Shown piece by piece: positions 8,375-15,641 of a stretch of 32,000 nucleotides of DNA. Position 1 is the first letter of the stretch, and every line of letters begins with the position of its first letter. The position numbers were made by a program, and so were the translations under genes. Origin of the DNA: Nitratidesulfovibrio vulgaris str. Hildenborough (GTDB taxonomy: Bacteria > Desulfobacterota > Desulfovibrionia > Desulfovibrionales > Desulfovibrionaceae); the NCBI RefSeq assembly GCF_000195755.1, contig NC_002937.3:330001-362000 (forward strand), written 5' to 3'. Below the pieces are notes generated by a model, which was not told where the DNA came from, made no database searches, and saw only the letters and a list, made by a program, of their open reading frames with translations.

Positions 8375-8426
8375 CCAGACATGTCCACCAGATGTGCGCG
8401 CCAGACGTGCGCACCAGACGTGCCCG
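8375..8426 (+). repeat. Four tandem 13-bp units (CCAGAYRTGYSCR) 71 bp upstream of the GT2 gene
   Basis: The units are ccagacatgtcca / ccagatgtgcgcg / ccagacgtgcgca / ccagacgtgcccg, read directly from the sequence. Confidence 0.85.
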
Positions 8427-8496
8427 TCAGCCCGCTACGGCGTGCCTTTCCGCTGGTGTCCCCCTGTGCTACACCCGACAAAACGGTGGAGCCTCC

Positions 8497-10326
8497 ATGT
8501 CTGTATCCCTGCTTGCGCACTGGCGCACCCTCGCCCCGTCGATACGTAGCCGACTGCTTCATGGCAGCGTGGGCAGCGCGCATTGTCTGCGTCTCGCCTC
8601 GCGCTGTCTCACCGCAGCCGGGGCGTCCGGAGTCGGTAGCGGTGACGCACAGACCGCCTTTCGCCTTGGCCGTGCCCTGCTGCTTGCCGCATGGGAAGAA
8701 GACCCCTGCAACGGTCAGTTGGCCTCGCAGGTGCTCGCCCTGCACGGGCGTGTCCCGTGGCTGGGTGAGGCCACTGCACGGTTGCTTGCCGCCGTGGCGG
8801 GGGCGTGGCGTGCGCCCGCCGACCTCGGGCCGCTGGAACGACTAGCCGCCGCAGGAGACTGGCAGGGGGCTTTGGGCCTTGCCGCGGGGCATGTCGTACG
8901 CGCGGCCGATGCCGGAACCTGCGATCTTTTCTGGTTGCGGCAGGCGTTGGTGTGTGCCGAACTTTCGGGCGATGCGGCTTGGGGTGCAGACCTCGCCGCG
9001 CGGGCACTGGGCGATGTCCCGGCACCGGAAATGTTTCGCCGCGGCGGTCTTGCACCGCTTGCAGCGCTGGCCGCCTACCTCGAAGGGTGCCGACTCGCCA
9101 CGTCAGGCAACGCTGCCGACTTCGCCCGCGCGCTGGGCCTGTTCCGGGGGTGTTCCGCGCTGGTGGGTGACCATGTGACGTCCCCGGAGGGCGCATGGCT
9201 GGCACCCTTGGAAAGGGCCGGCCACTGCATGACGCGTCTGGGGGCGCGTGATGGCGCGCTTTCCCTGTGGCGCGTGGTGCTTGCGGCGCGCCCGTGGCAT
9301 GTGAGTCTCATCCTGCGGGCGCACGATGTGGCGCAGGGGTACGACCAGCCCGCGCCCACCCCGCCGGGAACCACGGCGGCCCTGCTCTATTCGTGGAACA
9401 AGGGCGAAGAACTCGATGAAGCACTACAGGCGCTGGCAGCATCGCTGGATGACATCACCGTGGTCGCCTGCCTCGACAACGGTTCCACTGACGCCACGGG
9501 CGATGTCATGCGTGTGTGGGGCGACCGCATGGGGCGCGACAGGTTCGTGCCTGTGCGTCTTGCCGTCAACGTGGGGGCCCCGGCTGCCCGCAACTGGCTG
9601 ATGCAACTGCCGCAGGTGGCGACGTGCGAGTACGCCGCCTATCTCGACGATGACGCCGCCGTGCCCGCCGACTGGCTACGTCACTTCGCCCGTGCCGTGG
9701 CCGTGCGGCCCGATGCCGCAGCGTGGGGCTGCCGTGTGGTGGACTGGCATTCGCCTGCACTGGTGCAGTCTGCGGCGTTGCACATGGTGCCCGCTTTCGA
9801 GGTGCGCAATGTGGCGGGGGGTGCCGAGGCCGGAACAGGTGAAGACGGCCTGCCCGAAGCAGAAGCCGTCTATGCGCCCACACTGGCGCACGGGCTGCCT
9901 TTCACCGTCAGCGACCTGCATTGCCAGACCACCGACCTTGGCAGGTTCGACCACATCCGCCCGTGCGTCTCGGTGACGGGGTGCTGCCATCTCTTCCGTA
10001 CGCGCGACCTTCTCGCACGCGGCGGGTTCGCGCTCTCTCTTTCGCCGTCGCAGTACGACGACCTCGAACACGATTTGCGCGCCGCCCGTGACGGACGTCT
10101 GGCCTGCTATGACGGTTTTTTCGCCGTGCGTCACAAGAAGCGCACCGGCAAGGCCGCCCGCATGTCCGGGGCGCAGTACGGCAACGGGCTGGGCAATCGT
10201 TACAAGTTGCACGGCATGTATGATGCGCTCGCCGTGGCCCGCATCCACCGCATGGAACTCGAAGCTCTGGAACAGGATTTGCTTGAACGCATGGCGCGAC
10301 TCGATGTCCTGCACAGACGGGGCTGA
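8497..10326 (+). CDS. Family-2 glycosyltransferase with ~320-aa Ala/Leu-rich helical-repeat (TPR-like) N-terminal domain
   Basis: The ATG at 8497 has GGTGGAG upstream. The GT2 blocks are ALLYSWNKGEELDEAL...VACLDNGSTDATG, NVGAPAARN, AYLDDDA and GCCHLFRTRDLLARGGF...DDLEHDLR. The ORF-track start at 8182 is an Arg-rich extension that is unlikely to be coding. Confidence 0.8.
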   Translation: MSVSLLAHWRTLAPSIRSRLLHGSVGSAHCLRLASRCLTAAGASGVGSGDAQTAFRLGRALLLAAWEEDPCNGQLASQVLALHGRVPWLGEATARLLAAVAGAWRAPADLGPLERLAAAGDWQGALGLAAGHVVRAADAGTCDLFWLRQALVCAELSGDAAWGADLAARALGDVPAPEMFRRGGLAPLAALAAYLEGCRLATSGNAADFARALGLFRGCSALVGDHVTSPEGAWLAPLERAGHCMTRLGARDGALSLWRVVLAARPWHVSLILRAHDVAQGYDQPAPTPPGTTAALLYSWNKGEELDEALQALAASLDDITVVACLDNGSTDATGDVMRVWGDRMGRDRFVPVRLAVNVGAPAARNWLMQLPQVATCEYAAYLDDDAAVPADWLRHFARAVAVRPDAAAWGCRVVDWHSPALVQSAALHMVPAFEVRNVAGGAEAGTGEDGLPEAEAVYAPTLAHGLPFTVSDLHCQTTDLGRFDHIRPCVSVTGCCHLFRTRDLLARGGFALSLSPSQYDDLEHDLRAARDGRLACYDGFFAVRHKKRTGKAARMSGAQYGNGLGNRYKLHGMYDALAVARIHRMELEALEQDLLERMARLDVLHRRG

Positions 10327-10482
10327 ACAGCGGCCCGTTACATGGCGCATCGCCATCCGAAGCCGGTACGCCTCTCTTCGTGAAAGGCTACCCGGGGCTC
10401 GGGCGGCGTCATCGGGGCGCCTCGTGCGCGTCGTCTTCAGGGCGGGCGCGGGCATTCCAAGACGATTCTCCGGAGGAGAACC

Positions 10483-11832
10483 ATGCATGTCAAATATCTG
10501 ATCGTCGGCGCAGGCCCCACGGGGCTTGGCGCGGCACGTCGCCTTGCGGAGCTTGGCGAGAACGACTTTCTCGTGCTCGAACGCAATGCCTACGCGGGGG
10601 GGCTCGCGGCCAGTTTTCGCGACAGCGCGGGCTTCACGTGGGACATCGGCGGACACGTCGTCTTCTCGCATTACGAGTATTTCGACCGCCTCATCGAAGA
10701 GGCGCTGGACGGCGCGTTCCTCGAACACATGCGCATCGCGCGGGTGCGCATCGCCGACAGGTGGGTGCCCTATCCCTTCCAGAACAACATCCGCCATCTG
10801 CCGCAGGACATGCAGTGGGAGTGCGTGGAGGGGCTCATGCCCGGCAAGAGGCCGGAGGCGCAGCCCGTCAACTTCCGCGAATGGATAGACTGCGTGTTCG
10901 GGGCGGGCATCGCCCGGCATTTCATGGTGCCCTACAATTTCAAGGTGTGGGCCACCCCCGCTGAACTCATGGGCTACCGCTGGATAGGCGAAAGGGTGAG
11001 CGTCATCGACCTCGAGATGGTGGTGCGCAACATCATCCTTTCGCTCGATCAGGTGAGCTGGGGGCCGAACAACGTGTTCCGCTTCCCCCTGCATGGCGGC
11101 ACGGGTGAGATTTTCCGCCGCATGGCCGACAGGCTTGGCGACCGGGTGCGGCGCAGTACTGCCGTGGTGGGCGTGGATGCAGAATCCCGTACTGTGCGGT
11201 GCGCCAACGGCGAGGTCTTCACCTACGACCATATGCTCTCCACCGGGCCGCTCGACCTTCTGGTGCTGGAACAGGTCAACGCCGCCTCGGAGACGCTGCG
11301 CGACGCCGCGCGGCAACTCGCGCGCAATTCGGTGTACGTGGCGGGTGTGGGTGTGGACGGCATGCAGGAGGACGACACCTGCTGGATGTATTTCCCCGAG
11401 GATACGTCGCCGTTCTACCGCCTGACGAACTTCCATAACTATTCTCCCAACAATGCCGCGTTGCCGGGGCGTTCGCGTGCGCTCATGGCGGAGACGTCAT
11501 GGTCGGCGCACAAGCCCGAGAAGCTCGACACCCTCATGGACAAGACCATAGAAGGGCTTGTAAACACGACCATGCTTCGCAACGAAGAGCGCGACCGCAT
11601 CCTCTCCACGTGGTCCATCGCCGTGGACTACGGCTACCCCGTGCCCACCCTCGGGCGCGATGCCGCGCTGGCTACGCTCCAGCCATGGCTGGAGGCGCGT
11701 TCCATCTACTCGCGCGGCAGGTTCGGCGGGTGGAAGTACGAGGTCGCCAACATGGACCATTCGGTCATGCAGGGTGTGGAGTGGGCCGAGCGGATGCTGC
11801 TCGGCAAGGAAGAGACGACGTATAGGGTGTGA
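10483..11832 (+). CDS. FAD-dependent flavoprotein, UDP-galactopyranose mutase-like (eukaryotic-type architecture); generic label would be amine-oxidase-family oxidoreductase
   Basis: GGAGGAG lies upstream of the ATG. The recognisable blocks are YLIVGAGPTGLGAARRL, GGHVVFSHYEYFD, WVPYPFQNN, PYNFKVWATP, WGPNNVFRFPLHGGTG, CWMYFPEDTSPFYRLTNFHNYSP and YSRGRFGGWKYEVANMDHS. Confidence 0.75.
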   Translation: MHVKYLIVGAGPTGLGAARRLAELGENDFLVLERNAYAGGLAASFRDSAGFTWDIGGHVVFSHYEYFDRLIEEALDGAFLEHMRIARVRIADRWVPYPFQNNIRHLPQDMQWECVEGLMPGKRPEAQPVNFREWIDCVFGAGIARHFMVPYNFKVWATPAELMGYRWIGERVSVIDLEMVVRNIILSLDQVSWGPNNVFRFPLHGGTGEIFRRMADRLGDRVRRSTAVVGVDAESRTVRCANGEVFTYDHMLSTGPLDLLVLEQVNAASETLRDAARQLARNSVYVAGVGVDGMQEDDTCWMYFPEDTSPFYRLTNFHNYSPNNAALPGRSRALMAETSWSAHKPEKLDTLMDKTIEGLVNTTMLRNEERDRILSTWSIAVDYGYPVPTLGRDAALATLQPWLEARSIYSRGRFGGWKYEVANMDHSVMQGVEWAERMLLGKEETTYRV

Positions 11833-11930
11833 GCCCGGGCGGAGTGTCCGTGCCGGGTTTGCGCCTTCCGTGAACATGTGAAAGGTGCGCCGCACTGCCT
11901 TGCGGCGCGCCGTACAGAGGAACGGCAGAC

Positions 11931-13001
11931 ATGGACAACATCCGCTTCGAGGCCCGGCGCGAAAAGCTGCGGGCCGCCATGCGCGAACGCGGGCTGGCGG
12001 CCCTGTTCGTCAGCCACGACGCCAACCGCTATTACCTTTCCGGTTTCGAACTGCACGACCCGCAGACCAACGAGAGCGCGGGCTATGTGCTCGTCACCGC
12101 CGACGGGCGCGACTGGATATGCACCGACTCGCGGTATCTCGATGCCGCACGGCGCATCTGGGACAACGAGCGCATCTTCATCTACGGTGCCGATGCCCCC
12201 GCGCAGATGAACACCCTCATCCGCGACCATGTACGCGGGACGGTGGGCTTCGAAGCCCGTTCGGTGAGCCTCGAATTCTTCGAGAAACTCTCTCCCGGCC
12301 TTGCCATGGAGCGCGTCGACGGCCTCGTGGAAGCGCAGCGCATCATCAAGGAACCTGAAGAGATCGAGGTAATGGAGCGTTCATGCGCCCTCAACCATCG
12401 ACTCATGGAGTGGGTGCCCTCCATCCTGCGGCCCGGTCGCACCGAGGCTGAAGTGGCGTGGGACATCGAATCGTTCTTCCGTTCCAACGGCGCGTCCGAA
12501 CTTTCGTTCGCCAGCATCGTGGCGGTGGGCCCCAACGGTGCGCTGCCGCACCATCGCGGCGGGCGCGACGTCATCACCGACAACTGCTCGGTGCTGGTGG
12601 ACGTGGGCGCGCGTCTCGACGAATATTGTTCCGACCAGACCCGTACCTTCTGGGTGGGCGACAAGCCCGCCGACCATTTCGTGCGCGCACTGGAACAGAC
12701 GCAGACGGCGCAGGCCAAGGCCATCGCCGCCATGCACCCCGGCATGCGTGCCTGCGACGCCTACAAGGTGGCGCGTGACCACTTCGAGAGCGTCGGCGTG
12801 GCGGCACACTTCACCCACGCACTGGGGCACGGCATCGGGCTCGAGACGCACGAACCGCCAAGCCTCAACCCCCGCAACGAGATGGTGCTCAAACCCGGCA
12901 TGGTGGTGACTGTTGAACCAGGGCTGTACTATCCCGAGTGGGGCGGCATCCGCTGGGAATACATGGTGCTGGTGACCGAAGACGGCGTCCGCGCCCTGTA
13001 G
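11931..13001 (+). CDS. M24-family Xaa-Pro aminopeptidase/dipeptidase
   Basis: The creatinase-like N-domain reads ERGLAALFVSHDANRYYLSGF. The pita-bread metal ligand blocks are LVDVGARLDEYCSDQTRTF, HALGHGIGLETHEPP and VVTVEPGLY...IRWEYMVLVTEDG. Confidence 0.9.
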   Translation: MDNIRFEARREKLRAAMRERGLAALFVSHDANRYYLSGFELHDPQTNESAGYVLVTADGRDWICTDSRYLDAARRIWDNERIFIYGADAPAQMNTLIRDHVRGTVGFEARSVSLEFFEKLSPGLAMERVDGLVEAQRIIKEPEEIEVMERSCALNHRLMEWVPSILRPGRTEAEVAWDIESFFRSNGASELSFASIVAVGPNGALPHHRGGRDVITDNCSVLVDVGARLDEYCSDQTRTFWVGDKPADHFVRALEQTQTAQAKAIAAMHPGMRACDAYKVARDHFESVGVAAHFTHALGHGIGLETHEPPSLNPRNEMVLKPGMVVTVEPGLYYPEWGGIRWEYMVLVTEDGVRAL

Positions 13002-13077
13002 CGCAACTCTTGCGCGGCGAGGCGACGGCGCAAGCGCGCCTCTCTTCACCGCCGTTCATGATGTCGATGTGTGATGA

Positions 13078-13104
13078 GGGCCGGGAGCTATCCCGGCCCT
13101 TTTT
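13078..13104 (+). terminator. Rho-independent terminator of the peptidase gene
   Basis: The hairpin is gggccggga-gcta-tcccggccc, followed by ttttt. Confidence 0.85.
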
Positions 13105-13372
13105 GTGTGCGGCGATGCACGGGACAGGCAGCGTGACTGTCCACGAGGCTGGACACAAGGGAGGGCGACTGTTGCGGCAGGCCGCCGTCATGGCTCTCTC
13201 CGGCAAGGACAGCAGCCGGATAAAGCCTGCCGCGGGATGATGTCTCGTCCTCCGGCAAGTCGCTGCGGGGCACATCGCCACTGCACCCATTCGGCATCAT
13301 CGGATGAGCCGTCTGCCTGTGCAGGACGTGCCTGTAAAGGCAGCCTTTGCCTGCCAGTCCTGAGGTCGGCGC

Positions 13373-13388
13373 TGGCTTCATCCTTGCC
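13373..13388 (+). promoter_or_regulatory. Sigma-54-type promoter candidate (TGGCTT-N5-TTGCC)
   Basis: The sequence is TGGCTTCATCCTTGCC, with correct GG-N10-GC spacing. It lies 100-135 nt upstream of the possible starts of the DUF4911-like ORF. Confidence 0.4.
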
Positions 13389-13488
13389 GTACTCGCCGCA
13401 TTCACCCCGACATCTGCGAGAGTCCCTTCCGTATCCGTCTTGAAGCCCGCTGCGAGGTCCACCCCTCGTGGCGTAGCTGTCTCCTTCG

Positions 13489-13836
13489 TTGACATGTGTC
13501 ACGGTAGCGGGCATGGCACAGCGCATGAGCCAATCCGTCCGCAAGTCCCGCCCTCGTCGGCCTCGCCGTCCCGGCCCGCCGCTGCCGCCGCCGCGACTCT
13601 CGGCCTGCCTGTATGTACGCATCGCTCCTTGTGATGTGGCCATGTTCCGTTTTCTGCTTGAGGCCCATGACAATCTTGCGCTGTTCACCGTGCTGGACAG
13701 GCACGAGGCACTGCTCAAGGTCGTACACTCGCCCCATCAGGAACGTGCCGTACGTCGGGCACTGACTGACATGTGCGAGACGGTGCCCTTCACCGTCATC
13801 GACTTCCCCCGCCCCGTGGCGGCCCCCGCTTCGTAG
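13489..13836 (+). CDS. DUF4911-like small protein (start uncertain)
   Basis: The C-terminal 75 aa, LYVRIAPCDVAMFRFLLEAHDNLALFTVLDRHEALLKVVHSPHQERAVRRALTDM, fit my recollection of the DUF4911 pattern. The possible starts are ATGs at 13489, 13513 and 13525; none has a good SD, and all give a Pro/Arg-rich N-tail. Confidence 0.5.
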   Translation: MTCVTVAGMAQRMSQSVRKSRPRRPRRPGPPLPPPRLSACLYVRIAPCDVAMFRFLLEAHDNLALFTVLDRHEALLKVVHSPHQERAVRRALTDMCETVPFTVIDFPRPVAAPAS

Positions 13837-14446
13837 TCGCACGTGTAGCACTGTGCGTCGGCAACGGGGCTGCTGCGGGCGGCGTGTTTTCCGTGCTGCG
13901 GAGAATATCTGTGTGTGCCGTCCGTAGAAGCGACAGGTGTCGTATGTCCCTCGCCTGCGAGAGGGACACGGGCTGCCGTGACGTCGTCCACGAGTGACGA
14001 TTGTCAGGTGCTGACTCTCCCGCCTTGGGCTGGCCTTTTTGTGTCACGCTGTCGCAACGCTGCGGTGGCTTCCATTCCGGGACGATGACCAGCCTTCGTC
14101 TCGCCTGCCGTACACAACCCTTTTCGATACTGTCGCCGGTGTATGCGCGTTCGTCCGTTCAAGGGTGTTTGCGCTATGGCGCGATGCGCCGGAAAGCCAG
14201 CGGCGTCTCTTTCCGCGGCACTTTCCGTCCTTGCCAAAGCACGGCGTATGCTTACCTGCGTTGGTAGGCAAACAGACCGACTATCCGCTATGGCTGCGAT
14301 GACGGTGTTTCGCATCGCAGGATGTGGCGCAGCACGCGCAAAGTCAGTGCTGCATGAGGCTGAACGACTTCACAACCACCCGCACCGCCAAACTACGTCG
14401 TCACACCCGCTCCTTCCTCGAAAGGGGGAGGGCAAGGAGAACACAT

Positions 14447-15232
14447 ATGGCACGTTTCCGCTCACTCAAGTCCGACCTGCGCACCCGTCTGGAATCTTCG
14501 GACTGGAGGCGTGAACTTGACGCCATCGCCGCGCTGTCAGGTAAGGAGACCGTGGGCCCGCTGATGTCGTTCCTGCTTCTGGGGGGTGCCATGAAATGGC
14601 GTGCCGCTGTCGCCCTCGGGCTGTGCGTGGCAGGGCTTGCCGAAGCCCATCGCGAGGATGCACGCGTGGTCGTGCGTCGTCTCATGTGGCACATGAACGA
14701 GGAGTCGGGGAACATCGGCTGGGGCATCCCCGAAGCCATGGCGGAGATTCTCGCCAGTCATCGCGGGCTGGCGGAGGAGTACCACCGCATTCTCATCTCC
14801 TATGTGCGCGACACCGATAAGGACAACAACTTCTGCGATCATGCCCCGTTGCGCAGGTCGTGCTACTGGGCCGTGGGGCGGCTGGCGCAGGCGTGGCCCG
14901 ACCTCGCCCGTGGCGCAGGGGAACCCTTGCTGGCGGGACTGCATGATGAGGATGCGCCGTGCCGTGGTGCTGCGGCATGGGCCTTGGGTCAATTGATGCA
15001 AGCGGTGCAGGCCGTCGGGGCGACCTCCGGGCAGCCAGCAGGGAAGGCACATGCGGAGGCTGCCGCCACGCTTGATGGCGATTTTGTGCGACGCCTCTCG
15101 GATGGTTTGCGTGAGCTTTTCGATAACGATGCGGAAGTGGAGATTTTCGAGAATGGGGAAGCGGGCACCCCAACGGTGGGGGCGATTGCACGGCGTGTAG
15201 CACACCTGTTGCCGTCGGGTATATCAATTTAA
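14447..15232 (+). CDS. HEAT-repeat protein (resembles the Desulfovibrio 'DVU0298-family' HEAT proteins, from memory)
   Basis: The ATG at 14447 has AAGGAGA upstream. Repeated helical units include WRAAVALGLC, CYWAVGRLAQAWPD and DEDAPCRGAAAWALGQL. Confidence 0.7.
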   Translation: MARFRSLKSDLRTRLESSDWRRELDAIAALSGKETVGPLMSFLLLGGAMKWRAAVALGLCVAGLAEAHREDARVVVRRLMWHMNEESGNIGWGIPEAMAEILASHRGLAEEYHRILISYVRDTDKDNNFCDHAPLRRSCYWAVGRLAQAWPDLARGAGEPLLAGLHDEDAPCRGAAAWALGQLMQAVQAVGATSGQPAGKAHAEAAATLDGDFVRRLSDGLRELFDNDAEVEIFENGEAGTPTVGAIARRVAHLLPSGISI

Positions 15233-15268
15233 ACATGCAGATGAGCATCATATCAGACCGGCAAGCGA

Positions 15269-15300
15269 AAGACCTCCCGGGTTTCACTCCGGGAGGTCTT
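15269..15300. terminator. Bidirectional terminator hairpin (12-bp stem) between the HEAT gene and yegP-like gene
   Basis: The hairpin is aagacctcccgg-gtttcact-ccgggaggtctt, placed between convergent stops at 15232 and 15305. Confidence 0.7.
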
Positions 15301-15304
15301 GAAA

Positions 15305-15463
15305 CTACCCTTGGTAGCCGTGCCGACGCGCATTAGCGATGCATTCGGACTTGTTTGCATAGCCCTGTGAAGAGGCACCCGTGATGCGCCCGTTGGACGC
15401 TATCCTGCGCCACCGCCATTTGCCTTCGGAATCAGTGTAGAATTCCCATGAGTCGACAGACAT
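15305..15463 (-). CDS. YegP/DUF1508 (UPF0339) single-domain small protein, 52 aa
   Basis: This is my own translation: MSVDSWEFYTDSEGKWRWRRIASNGRITGASSQGYANKSECIANARRHGYQG*. GGGAGG lies 5 nt upstream of the ATG at 15463-15461. The gene is too short for the ORF track. Confidence 0.8.
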   Translation of the reverse strand: MSVDSWEFYTDSEGKWRWRRIASNGRITGASSQGYANKSECIANARRHGYQG

Positions 15464-15570
15464 GATGTCCTCCCGGATCTATTTTAAAAATGCATATCAA
15501 TTAATCTATATCATGGCAAGACCATATGCTCGTTGATGATGCGTCGGGTGGATGTTGACTCATGGCAGTA

Positions 15571-15602
15571 CAAAAGGAAGGGACGGGTGAAACCCGTCCC
15601 TT
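15571..15602 (-). terminator. Rho-independent terminator of nrdD
   Basis: On the minus strand the hairpin is aagggacggg-tttca-cccgtccctt, followed by ccttttg. Confidence 0.75.
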
Positions 15603-15641
15603 CGCTTTTACCTTGTCTGAACCGTATCGACGTCGACGCGA

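Noticed and set aside
9676-11436. 586-aa ORF on the - strand
   Set aside because: It is antisense to the GT2 and UGM-like genes, low complexity and His/Arg/Gly/Ala-rich. It is a shadow ORF. The same reasoning applies to 1949..2977(-), 4197..5093(+), 21405..22247(-), 24873..25709(+) and 26934..27995(+).
13088-13495. 135-aa ORF on the - strand in the gene-poor region
   Set aside because: It has no SD and is a low-complexity polar sequence without a hydrophobic core. GC3 is only moderate, and its stop lies inside the peptidase terminator loop.
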